Shown: piece by piece, positions 28,704 to 41,702 of the stretch
Position numbering within the stretch: position 1 is the first letter of the stretch
Layout of the letters: every line of letters starts with the position of its first letter
Source: the human T2T-CHM13v2.0 reference genome, Homo sapiens
DNA: 64,000 nucleotides
Assembly: GCF_009914755.1 (NCBI RefSeq)
Contig: NC_060932.1
Strand: one strand, 5' to 3'
Position numbers and translations under genes: made by a program
Notes under the pieces: generated by a model
Database searches by the model: none
What the model saw: the letters and a program-made list of their open reading frames with translations, nothing else
Told to the model about the DNA's origin: nothing

Positions 28704-29447
28704 AACTATCCATATAAACCATTTGGAAAGCTGTCTCAAACTCTAGGCAAACTTGCATTTAAAAGACTGCTGATTAATCCCTAAATTCTATTCTGAATAT
28801 TTAAAGGTTTCTCTGTAGTCCGAGGCTTTAATATATCGCAAAGCCAACCTGAAACAAAACAAAAAGGCTATCTAAAAGAGCATGATGATAACAATATCCG
28901 TTGATACATGGATGAGTCTCCGGCTAAGGCTTGGCTGTCAAAAGGAAGCTTTCTTTCCAGCCCATCAATTGAGTGTCAGGATTGTTACTCAAATGAAGTG
29001 AATTGTAAAAAATTCCTGGCCAACTGGAAGGCTGACAAGGTTACTGCCAAAATCAAGATATAGAAAAGAATCTTCCATTCTCTTTCCAAAATAGTTTTAA
29101 GACTAGTTTAGCCTTCACGAAAAATAAAAGAATACAATCTATCAGGACACTATTTCACAACAATTTTACAAACAAAAACTCCAGAGTCCAGAAAATTGTT
29201 TTTTGGTCAAGCTTCTTAAAAATTATCCATAACTGAATTTATTCAATCATTTCTATGATAGTGTTATTAAAATAATAAGATAAGTGGGTGAGAATGTGTT
29301 TTACTTCCCCATCTAGATGCTAAATATGTACATTAAGGGACAGATTTGGCTTTAACTGGTCGCTTTATTGTCTGCTCTTCAGCAATAATTGGCATGTGCT
29401 GATAGACCACTGTATTGTTTCATAACATAAAACACTCACAATTCTGA

Positions 29448-29777
<330 letters not shown>

Positions 29778-31264
29778 ATTTTCTTCTTATTTCTAAGAGT
29801 AATATCAGAAAAGGCACATGCCATTTGTATTAATATCAACTCTTACTCTCAAATATAAATCTGTGGTAAACAAACAATAGAAAGTTCTAAAATAATATAA
29901 AATGGCATTAAAATGGAGCTTCTTTGAAAAAAAATCTAATGATGTATGAATGCAATTAAATTAACTGTCTTCAATAAACATCTTAGTATCGATCAACATA
30001 ATTTTACATAGCCAATACCAGTGATCAAAGTTGCTTATAGATATATGTAACACTATAATAGTGGTTATTCCAAAATGTATAATTTCTTGAACTTTTACAA
30101 AGATTTTAGTATGGCTGCTAATGAAGGAGTCATTAGTTCAAACAACTGTGTCCTTTAAAGATTTGTTTCTTGTCAGTACATAGAAGTACATCTTTTAAAG
30201 ATAAAAAATGTATTTATTGTTATCTTCACCAAGTCTTCCGAAAGCACCTGATGCATTTTATTTGAACAAAAAAAACTTTCAATTTTACCAGAAATTAAGT
30301 ATCTTATGGTCAGATCTTCTGGCATACTCTGGATTTAGTGAAAGCAGATCAGTTCTCCCTATGAACATACGAGGATTGTATAGTAAAATTTCTCATAAGA
30401 TACAGAAAACCTATCAGAGAAAAATGCCACTAATTCAATGCCCTACAAATTGAATTTGAATGAAATTTTAAGGACTTCTAAATTCAGATAAAGTAAGAAT
30501 TTGTCTATAGTACAGAGAAGCCAGGAAAGAAGAAGCTGTATTCTATCTCTATCAGGCTCACTCAGCGTTCCACATGGTGTTGTGGAACGTTCATAAGTAC
30601 CATGTATGCCAGTGTATAAGATATTTCATCCTAAACAATGGTGGTGGTGGGACAGGCAGCAGAAAAAAGCAACAGGAATATATTTAATATTTTATGGGTT
30701 AATATGTAGAATGGTAATAACCATTCTCAATCTGATTATTTAGCAGATTCCTGAAAACTATAGTGTTGATTTTCATTAACATCTTAGTAGAGTGAGAGAG
30801 TGGTTAGAAACAAAGCTTCTGAATACAAAAAGATAATGTAACAGCAACACTTATTCTTTTTATATTGTCTTCACAGCTATTTCTAAAACTCAGATGCAAA
30901 GCACATATTCTATAAATTGTGCTACCATATTGGACAGCACATACTATAGAAAATTTCCAACATCACAAAAATTTCTAAGAGCACTGAAATGTGGAGGAGT
31001 TCAAAGTAGTGGAAATCTATACAGGATTTCACTTGTTTGGTATAACCAATGGAAATAATTTAAAAGACAACAATGATGGTGTGTTAAGCAAATCTTTCAG
31101 CTAAAATGGTAGTGATACCACTGGCAGAGTACATGCTGAAAAATACTGTTGGGCAATAAATTATTTGCAAAGATTTTACACTGTGGGAAGAAGGGCAGAA
31201 CACAATATCAAGATAAATTAGGCTAACATGAAAACATGTAAAATGATTAAGAACGTTCTGGGTC

Positions 31265-31500
<236 letters not shown>

Positions 31501-33459
31501 TCATCTACTCAAACTGGTAATGCTGGTAATACTAGAATGGACTCAACATGGGTCTAGTTTTCTAAAACCTGAAGATGTTTGAATTAGTAGGTAATATATT
31601 TTAAAAAACAGTATTATTATTATCTTTCAACATTCTAAATCTGTTGTTTCTTTCTTCTATTTTCCAACAATATAATACATCTACAATTTGGACAAAAACA
31701 AAAATGTTAGAAAGGGACTCAATTCTGAAAGCAAGAGAGAAGAGAGAATGCCTAAGTACTGTAAATTTTAAAATAACAAAATCACAGTTAAAAATCACAA
31801 ATTCATGCCTTATATAGAAATGGCAATAAGCTATGTGCTAAAGACAAAACATTAGTTCTAGTACATTAGAAAAGGGATCCCCAGACTGTCCTGCCTTAAA
31901 TTATGTGTCAAAGAACCAGACTATTTGTTTCTACTAGCAATAAATTAGATAGTCACACAAGGATTAATTACAGAATTGACCCTTGAAACACTGCCAGTAG
32001 CCCAATTTTGAACAATAACTCAAACTTGGTCTCCTACCAAGGAATTTTTAGGAAGGAGAATCCAAATGGTTTAATTTCTAGGAGAGATACACTGATGTGA
32101 GGCTTCCTTTCATAGATTTTTCCAGCTACTTACCTACCCTCTAATATATGTATAACCCTGTGTTTCTTTCAAGGGCCCAGCATCCTTTGGGAACATAAGA
32201 CTGTGCAATTTATATACAAGTTTTCCAGGGGATATCACGTTTCCTCATAAAATAAAATTGTTATTACTCATGGCTTCAAGAATTTGATAAAGAGAAGGTG
32301 TTGATTATATAAGCTGATATAAACAAAGACTTCAGCCCTCAGCCTTTTTTTTTCATTCTGACTCCGCCTTCTTATTAATTTTTAGTAGTCACTTAATCTT
32401 TATTCTCTAAGCTCTAATCTCCCAAGAAAATATGTGCCTCACAAAAGAATGATATCGTTTAGGTGAGTACATTACCTGCTATTTTTCAGATGTGCAAAAT
32501 TATATTTAATATACAAGGTGAAATAGCTTAACTCCAAATGCGTGTGAGGCTTTGTTCAGTTTTGAAGTCAGAAAAATGAATATTTGAAGATCATACTATT
32601 CCTGACAACTTAACCAATAATGTATTCAATTTCCCCAACATCTTTCATACTGAGTTCATATATTAAAAAAAAGTTGAAAAAAATTCAGTGGCAGGATTAG
32701 AACAAATAGAATAAAAGAATAGTTACAATTCTCACTTTTTCACTTTGTTTCTAATGCACTAATGGGCAATTTATAATAAAACTGAAACTGTGAGGTAAAG
32801 GTCTCTTTCACTAGCCAATTATACCCTCACTTGAAAATGGTCCTGAGAAGAAAAGTCAACTTTAAAAAAGTACAGTTAATAGATGAAGAGACATTTACCT
32901 CCCCAAATGCTCAGGATAATTGAGCATTAATAAAAAGAAGCCATTCTGGTATTACACTTCAGCTAATAGGGTTGAGATAAACTGTTCCTTCTAAATAAAA
33001 ATCGAACGGTCATGGTTATCTATTCTCAAAGTGTCAGAATCTGAGTAAGGTACCCCAAATTAGAACCTTTCTAACACATTACCAGGAAATGAGGACGATT
33101 TTGTTTCCAGCCATCTTAGATTTCAATGGACAGGTAAAACCGGAAAGATCAAAGCATAATCAATTGCTTGTTCATATATCCCAAATGGAGAATTATAAAT
33201 TGGCCTGCTCTCCTTCTTGCTGACATTCTTTCTGATTTCAGCATTAAGAAGCAATCACTGCAGAAAAAAGTAAGTAACTTAAATAGTCACCATAAAAGAC
33301 TGATACAACCTTTCTGGGAAAGTAAAACTGAAGGCTGATTATTTACTAAACTCTATAATAATTTGCAAGCTGAGCAATTTACGTGAAAAAAGTTGTTACA
33401 CTCCCCTTTGTACATAACTATAAGATTATTGTGTACCTATTTATCATAGGAAATGAGTT

Positions 33460-33635
33460 ATAATAACAACTAATATATACTGAGCACTTAAGAGTCACAA
33501 AGCATGGCATTAATTTGAGTTATACGCTACCTCTCTTAATCCTCACAGCAGCACTCTGAGAGAGGTTAAATAGCACTCGCATAGACAGAAAATGAGAGGG
33601 TCAGGATTACAACCAATAAAGTATGAGTCCACACC
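33460..33635 (-). mobile_element. MIR
   Basis: aataacaactaatatatactgagcactta...cttaatcctcacagcagcactctgagagaggttaa. Confidence 0.6.
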
Positions 33636-35789
33636 AATAAGGAAGCCACATTTTTATTTAAATACGATTTTAAAAGATTTCAAACACACCTGATCTCTAA
33701 TTTTCTTGTGTTACATTCATATGACACCTTAAACTTCACTGACCATTATTAATCCAGCTACTATCCTCAGAATGGTACTAGAAATCCTAGGGTAATAAAT
33801 GATAATTGAAAAACAAAATTCAAAACTAACCCAGTAGACAGTGTTCAGATTAATCAGTAGTCTTTAACTACTAATCACTTTATTATAAATAGTCTCTAGA
33901 TGACGTATAAAATCTCATCTAGAGGCATATAAAGATATATATATGTATATATAGTCATTCAACTGTAGAGATGGTATAACATGCAGTTATAAAGGACAAA
34001 TACTAAGTTCCCTAATTTTTTATGATTCTTTTAAAAACTATTTCAAAATAGAATGTGAGGTCAACTAGAATAGAATCACAAATCAGAGTAGCTAAACATT
34101 ATGAGGACAAACAAGGTACACAATGGTTACCGTTAAGAACCTCACCAAGAGAATGAAATTAAGAACAGTATCACTGGCATCATCCAGTTAAACAATTAAG
34201 GAACCAATGCTATGAGCTAGGAAGGAGACGATTAAAAACTAAGCTGAGGCAGTGACACAGGGAATATAAAAAGGAAATGTACATGAAAAACTGGCAAAAA
34301 ATTGGCATTTTGGCTGATTGGCTATCAGGTAAGAATGAGAAGGAATAAAATACAGCTGGAGATTTTTTTTGCAGGAGAGGTACAGAAATGGTGTACATGC
34401 CAGTGAGCAGAACTGTGGAGGTCAGGTGAGCAAATATGTAAAATCTAAGTGTAGACCTTCAAAAACTTATGCAAGGTTTTGCTGTGTCTTTGAAGAAGCC
34501 GATCTGAGTCAAATTTTAAAATAACAATTGTATATGTAAGATGTAGATTGAAAATTACACGATATATATTTTCATTATTAATATTGCTTCCATGTTTTTA
34601 TGCTAATTAAAAGGCATGATCCGGAAATCACTGAAAAAGATTACTCTTAAGAATTGATTTTACATTAACAAAAAAATGTGCCTTCACTGGACAGGTTCTT
34701 TCAACATCTTAGTGCAGTAAACATCTATGACTACCTCTCCTGAAGAAGAGAAAGGTTTACCCTACAGAAAATTCCACACCCATTTTGCACCCCATTCATA
34801 TGCATGAGACTGGAGTCATCTGCAGCATGTTTCCACAGCATAAAATCTGTATTATATTACAGAAAGTGTCCAGTGTACTTATTTATTTTGTGCCAACAAT
34901 GCCCACTATATTGAGCAGAACTATAGAAAATGAGAGGGCAACACCAGGTAGTTACTTGATAACTCTAGTTTTCAGCACCTGGTAAACCAGCATGTAGAAA
35001 GCATAGTTCCTCAACATTCAGAGGATGCTAATCACACAAAATATCTAACAGTAACTGGCAGGGAAATATAAAGGTGCTTTGTGTATAGGAGATCTTTACA
35101 AAATTAAAATGGCAGAGATGCATTAAATGAGAAAATCCATCAGAAAGAAAGGGGTAAAGACAGGGTAACCAAAAGCTGAGCCTGAATATCGGGTTCCTAT
35201 ATTTTCCTCCCAATCTGAAGAACTTAATAATTTTTTTAAAAAAGTTCATGTTATTAGTACTGTAGGCATTCTAATAAATCTCATAAACTGACCGTGTTGT
35301 GTCATTATTCTTTGAAGGCCTGACTTTTAATGTCATGATAATATTCCATAATATTCCAGCATAATGTACAAACCTTTATTTTACCTGACTCTGTTTTCAG
35401 ATATTCTATAAATATCATGACATAAATTAGTAAATATTGACCCCCACATTCAGCACTGTTCTGAGAAATTTAGAGACAATAAGAGTATTGGTGAAAGACA
35501 AGACAAAGTCCAGAAATGGTAAAATGTGAAGTCGTCTTGGGAGAAAATAGGCCAGTAACCTAGGGATCTGGTATAGAAAGAGCACTTAATCAGTATGAGG
35601 AAACAAGTTAGGTGTATAGTCCTGGGTAAGGCAAGACAAAAATAATCCACCCTGATTGAACTTAGATACGTGTGCAAACCAGTGTGAAAACATGGAGTAA
35701 CACTAAGGTAAATGCAGTAATTACAGGAGAAACATAACCCATTTGTCAGGGTTGTCAATTGCAGTAAAAAATATGTTAAGTGATTTTTC

Positions 35790-36256
35790 CGTATGTTTAT
35801 TGTGGCACTATTCACAACAGCAAAGACTTGGAACCAACCCAAATGCCCATCAATGACAGACTGGATTAAGAAAATGTGGCACATATACACCATGGAATAT
35901 TATGCAGCCATAAAAAATGATGAGTTCATGTCCTTTGTAGGGACATGGATGAAGCTGGAAACCATCATTCTCAGCAAACTATCTCAAGGACAGAAAACCA
36001 AACACTGCATGTTCTCACTCATAGGTAGGAATTGAACAATGAGAACACCTGGACACAGGAAGGGGAACATCACACACCAGGGCCTGTCATGGGGTGGGGG
36101 AAGGGGGGAGGGATAGCATTAGGAGATATACCTAATGTAAATGACGAGTTAATGGGTGCAGCACACCAACATGGCACATGTATACATATGTAACAAACCT
36201 GCACATTGTATACATGTACCCTAGAACTTAAAGTATAATAATAAAATTTAAAAAAA
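35790..36256 (+). mobile_element. L1PA (about L1PA4-6) 5'-truncated 3' end: ORF2 C-terminus, 3'UTR and poly(A)
   Basis: ORF 35793-36035 (MFIVALFTTAKTWNQPKCPSMTDWIKKMWHIYTMEYYAAIK...) is the L1 ORF2p C-terminus; G-rich 3'UTR; TSD core tatgttaagtgatttt flanks both ends. Confidence 0.97.
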
Positions 36257-37549
36257 GAGTATGTTAAGTGATTTTCATGTCAGAACAAAGAGGTCTCTAA
36301 AGAACTTTTGATTTGTTAATTTTATGAATTAACAAGATAACTGCAAAAACGAATGATATAGGTGCCTGAGAAATTTTGAGAAGGAAACATCAGGCAGACT
36401 GAAGTAATAGAGAAAGGCTTCCTGACAATATTAAACCGGCTAGTTCTGAACTTTCTATTAAATTAAATAGTCAAAGTATTCTTGTAATCAAAAATGTTTG
36501 CAAATCGGGTCACTAGACAGACTAGCAAATTCAAGATACTTGTTGATTACTGTTGAATCCATTAACTACGGCCCTAACCTGGCAGGAATCTTTCAGCTCT
36601 AGGCCATGAGCTGAAGGAAGGGAAAAAGCTTCAGAGGAAAATGTAAAGAAAATAGGGGATAATTTAACATACTTTTGTGCAGAAATAAATAGATTGGTAG
36701 AAAGGAAGACTGAAATCAAAGGCTAGTGTGGAAGTCAGAAGGACGGATGAAAGGGATTAAAGAAGACAGGTTAGGAAAGAAGGTGGAGTACCCTTTCCCT
36801 GTTAGGAATGGGAGGAAGCTGGGGATGCCTTTGTGGTAAAATAAAATATTACTTACAAAGAGTAAGAGTTTAGAATACATAGCTGAGAAGGGTTAAAAAA
36901 AACAAAGTGAAGAGCCTTGTTTGGGAGGAATAACATGGGCAGTCAAATAAAGACCAGTAAAAGGATCGCTGAGCACAAGTGGAGGCATAACAGGGAATCC
37001 AGAGCATGAAGACGTCTGATGGAGGCGGGTGCTTATTTCATAAAGGCTGAAGAAATGGAGAAGGTACAAGAAAGAATGGGAGGATGTGGTCACAGATCGG
37101 GGTTTCTGAGTTGCTGGTTGTATGGGGCTGTTGCCATGAGGAATGACGAAATCTGAGGGACTGCATGCTTGTGAATATCTGAAGAAAAAGGAGTCGAAGG
37201 GCTACTGACACTCACGATGTTGAGATATTCATAAAGAGAGATATTGGGAGAGTCACCAAACATACAAAACGATATACAGATTAGATAATCAGACCTTGGA
37301 AAATACAATATTTGCACCAGGATTTCAAAATATCTATAATTGGTCCAATACTTCTGAAATAAGTCTACCTAATCTAAGCAAGAAATGGAATGAAATCAGA
37401 GCGCATTTTTTTTTTTTTACCATACATGGTAAATGGCATGGTAAATAGTACAGCAAATATTTGACTGATGAAAACTGTAAGTCAGAGAATAGATGAAGAA
37501 TCTATAACCCAAAGACTTTTCAGGCATATTGCAGTAAATTAAAATCTAC

Positions 37550-38250
37550 AAATACTGGCTGAGGGATTATTTCAATCAGGCACTAAGCTTGGTGTCTGGA
37601 ATATGTGGATAGGACATAGTCCCCATCTTGGAAGCTCAGTGTCTAGAAGAGAAATAAATCTGTAAACAACTAATTATAATATGGTGCCATTTTAGAAAGA
37701 TCAGTAAAATATACAGGACAGAGCTACTCCCTAATAGTAGGCCCAATGAGAGAAGACTTCCCTTTGGACTTGAAGGGTTGAGCTGAGTTCTGAAGCATGA
37801 ATAGAATTTATATTGAGACCAATATATTTATATTGAGACAGGCACTGTACGTTAATTATCTTGGTAGTCCTGGACACAAAAAGTCCTCAAAATCTCTGAG
37901 TAGTAAGTGAATAAATCTGACTGGTCTGCAAACCATGAGAGAGGAATATCAGGAGATGAGGCTGCATCAGAAGAGTAGTGAATAAATGAAGGGCTTTGGG
38001 TGCCACGAGGATGATAAGAAGGCAGAGAAGGGTTTTATTCAAGAGCCAAAGAGGAACATTATCAGATTTCATAAAGGTTACTCTGTTGGCAGAGTAGAGG
38101 ATAGATTAGAGACAACAACCCACAGGAAAGAAGAGAAGTTCAGCAGCTATTGTGAGAGTTTAGAAAAGAGAACACGGTCTAAACCAAAGGAGTGAAACAG
38201 AAGATAAATTAGTGATTGACAGGATATGAGTCCCAGGTGTTCTGCACTTT
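37550..38250 (-). mobile_element. L2 remnant
   Basis: caggcactaag...gacatagtccccatcttggaagctcagtgtctag...ttgagctgagttctgaagcatgaatagaatt...atcagatttc...actctgttggcagagtagagga. Confidence 0.65.
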
Positions 38251-38816
38251 AACTTCTATAGGATCTAAAATTTCATACTGGAGCAACACTGAATGCTGGA
38301 ATATGAGAGAGTAAATTCTAGCTTGAGCAAACTTTTAATGGCTCAAAAACAGAAGATTCAGTCTTAACTGTGAGGTTATCCGCTAGGTTGTTCACCACAC
38401 TCTTTGAGAAAACCTCCCAAATACTCTCCCACCACCCTCTGGTGAATCAAGGTCAGTAGGAAAACTAGTTCCAATATTTCTAATGTTGTCAATTACGGTA
38501 AATCCTGTCTACAATGCCACACAGGGAGTACCTATATGAACTTTCTGATTCTGAACAAGACCAAACATTAAGGGGCCCGCTTCCCACATGTAATCTGTTT
38601 TTTTTTTTTTTTTTTTTTTTTCTGAAAAAAATCATGAGTGAGTTAAATTTAAATATTTCAAACATGCAAACTCTCAAGAGGGTACCATGATTACAGGGAT
38701 TAAATAACATAAAGGTTTCCTACAAACTCTACACCTGCTTTTGCCCCTTAAATATCAAATGTAGTTACATTCTGGTGCAAACTTAAAAGTAATTTTCAAA
38801 TTCTGTCTGAACATGG

Positions 38817-39730
38817 TGTCTTAGTCTGCTTGGGCTGCCAGAACAAAATACCATAGACTGGGTGGCTTAAACAACAGAAATAAATTTTCTCACAGTTCTG
38901 AAGGCTGGGAGTCCAGGATTAAGGTTTTGCAGGGTTTGGTTTCTAGTGAGGGCTTTCTTCCTGGCTTGCAGATGGCCATCTTCTCTCCATAGGCTAACAT
39001 GGCCTCTACTTTGTGTGTGGGAGAGTCAGAGATAGAGCAAGCCCTCTTGTGTCTCTTCATATAAGCCTACTAATCCCCATCAGACCAGGTCCCTTATGAT
39101 CTTAAACCCTAATTACATCTTAAAAGCCCCATCCCGAAACACCATCAGACTGGAGATTGAAGCTCTAACCCCAATACCATCACACTGGAGATTGAAGCTC
39201 TAACCACCACCACTGGGGATTGAAGATCTAACCCCGATACCATCACACTGGAGGCTGAAGCTCTAACCCTGATACCATCACACTGGAGGCTGAAGCTCTA
39301 ACCCTGATACCATCACACTGGAGATTGAAGATCTAACCCTAATACCATCACACTGGAGATTGAAGCTCTAACTGCAGTACCATCACACTGGAGATTGAAG
39401 CTCTAACCCCGATACCATCACACTGGAGATTGAAGCTCTAACCCCGATACCATCACACTGGAGATTGAAGCTCTAACCGCAGTACCATCACACTGGAGAT
39501 TGAAGCTCTAACCCCGATACCATCACACTGGAGATTGAAGCTCTAACCCCGATACCATCACACTGGAGATTGAAGCTCTAACCGCAGTACCATCACACTG
39601 GAGATTGAAGCTCTAACCCCGATACCATCACACTGGAGGTTGAAGCTCTAACCTCAATACCATCATACTGGAGGTTGAAGCTCTAACCCCCGGTGTGATG
39701 GTATTTGGGGAGCAACATTCAGTCATAACA
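38817..39730 (-). mobile_element. MLT1A-family (ERVL-MaLR) solo LTR, expanded by an internal VNTR
   Basis: tgtcttagtctgcttgggctgcc...aaataccatagactgggtggcttaaacaacag start and aacattcagtcataaca end (TG...CA); perfect 5-bp TSD catgg (38812-38816, 39731-39735). Confidence 0.92.
39138..39690. repeat. 35-bp minisatellite (VNTR), about 16 copies
   Basis: Unit GATACCATCACACTGGAGATTGAAGCTCTAACCCC head to tail with no spacers; one unit truncated (39206-39235). Confidence 0.97.
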
Positions 39731-40145
39731 CATGGCAAAGGACTGCTGAAAAAGAAAACATGTTTCATGCTTTGTGTCATGTAAAGACAAAAGAGACAAC
39801 TCCCCAAAACTCATTCTCTTTCTCGCTTTTTTTCCTTTTTGAAGATCAAGGTATGTTAAGCATATCAACAACAGTGATATTCAGAGAGTGGTAATAATAT
39901 ATGATGCTAAACTGTTTTGGAATGAGATTCAAGCAGCAGCAGAATGTGGAGAAAGAAACTACATTACTTAATCCTTTCCTTTTCAACTACCAGTTTACTA
40001 ATTATTTGGGTAAAATATAAATACTAGTTTTAAAGTTAGAAATACACTAGGAACTTACTCTACTGCCTTCTATAAAATGAATGCTTTAGGTTGGAGAAGG
40101 TGAAGAAAAAGTCCTTTTGAAAAGATATCTAAAGTAAAACACTTG

Positions 40146-40727
40146 GCATATAAATATATATAGCATATATATAGCATATATATAAGCATATATATATAGC
40201 ATATATATAGCATATGTATAGCATATATATAAGCATATATATAGCATATATATCGCATATGTATAGCATATATATCGCATATGTATAGCATATATATAGC
40301 ATATATATAGCATATGTATAGCATATGTATTGCATATATAGCATATGTATAGCATATATATAGCATATGTATAGCATATATAGCATATATATATAGCATA
40401 TATAGCATATATAGCATATATATAGCATATATATAGCATATATAGCATATATATAGCATATATAGAGCATATATAGCATATATAGAGCATATATAGCGCA
40501 TATATATAGCATATACATAGCACATATATATAGCATATATATAGCACATATATAGCGCATATATATAGCATATATAGTGCATATATATAGTGCATATATA
40601 TAGCGTATATAGTGCATATATAGCATATACATATCACACATATATAGCATATATATAGCATATATATAGCGCATATATATAGCGCATATATAGCGCATAT
40701 ATATAGCGCATATATATATATATATAA
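40146..40727. repeat. AT-rich degenerate tandem repeat, units like GCATATATA(TA)
   Basis: About 580 bp of tagcatatata-type units, ending in pure (TA)n. Confidence 0.97.
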
Positions 40728-40740
40728 TTAGTATTTCACA

Positions 40741-40877
40741 GGCTGGGTGCGGTGGCTCACCCCTGTAATCCCAGCACTTTGGGAGGCCGAGGTGGGCAGA
40801 TCACGAGGTCAGGAGATCAAGACCATCCTGGCTAACACGGTGAAACCCCATCTCTACTAAAAATACAAAAAAAATTA
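40741..40877 (+). mobile_element. AluY left arm only (probable local copy of the Alu at 41400)
   Basis: Left arm ends at aaaaatta with no right arm, tail or TSD; shares its 5' flank and private variants with the AluY at 41400. Confidence 0.9.
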
Positions 40878-40960
40878 CATATATATGCTAAGTTTTTTCA
40901 TATATATATACATGTATATGTGTATATATATATGAGACTGTCATATATATATATATGAGA
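40878..40960. repeat. (TA)n-rich low complexity
   Basis: AT-rich repeat continues after the half-Alu. Confidence 0.85.
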
Positions 40961-41399
40961 GTCAAGCCTTTTGATTCACCTACTTTGGATACCAGTTAAA
41001 GTTAGTGCTTCATCTCTCATTGTTATTAATAAAACTGCAGAGCATTATAATATGAATAATATTTCAGGCTCAAAAGTCTCACAGTTCATTTTATGTGTGA
41101 TAATTACATTGCCCACTACTACAAAAATAAATACACTCAAGAAAGCTACCATTTTCACATCATAACATAATTTAAGACTGAATTGTACAATAATAAAATT
41201 AGATGATTATTACTCAAAATATAAAATTAATGAGCCAATCAATGTAAAGCACTAAGGTACGTGTTACCAAAACTATTCAACTGTATACAAATACGTAATA
41301 CAGACAAAGATGTAATTTTACATAATGTAATTCATTTAATCCTAAACTTGCAAGAAATAGTTTTAAAATTCTAGCTTACCATAAAAATAGTATTTCACA

Positions 41400-41702
41400 G
41401 GCTGGGTGCGGTGGCTCACCCCTGTAATCCCAGCACTTTGGGAGGCCGAGGCGGGCGGATCAGGAGGTCAGGAGATTGAGATCATCCTGGCTAACATGGT
41501 GAAACCCCATCGCTACTAAAAATACAAAAAAAAATTAGCCAGGCGTGGTGGCGGGCGCCTGTAGTCCCAGCTACTCAGGAGCCTGAGGCAGGAGAATGGC
41601 GTGAACCCGGGAGGCGGAGCTTGCAGTGAGCGGAGATTGCGCCACTGCACTGCAGCCTGGGCGACAGAGGGAGACTCCGTCTCAAAAAAAAAAAAAAAAA
41701 AA
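41400..41702 (+). mobile_element. AluY, full length
   Basis: gaatggcgtgaacccgggaggcggagcttgcagtgagc; many intact CpGs; A tail; TSD aaaaatagtatttcacag / aaaaatgtatttcacag. Confidence 0.97.

Noticed and set aside
35450-36035. 147-aa and 80-aa ORFs
   Set aside because: The 80-aa ORF is the truncated L1 ORF2 C-terminus. The 147-aa ORF is antisense L1 running into flank.
39138-39690. CRISPR-like array (35-bp repeats)
   Set aside because: The units are contiguous with no unique spacers, there are no cas genes, and the array lies inside a mammalian LTR. It is a minisatellite.
40070-40698. Three overlapping 170-191 aa ORFs on the - strand
   Set aside because: Y/I/M/C/A low-complexity translations of the AT-rich tandem repeat.
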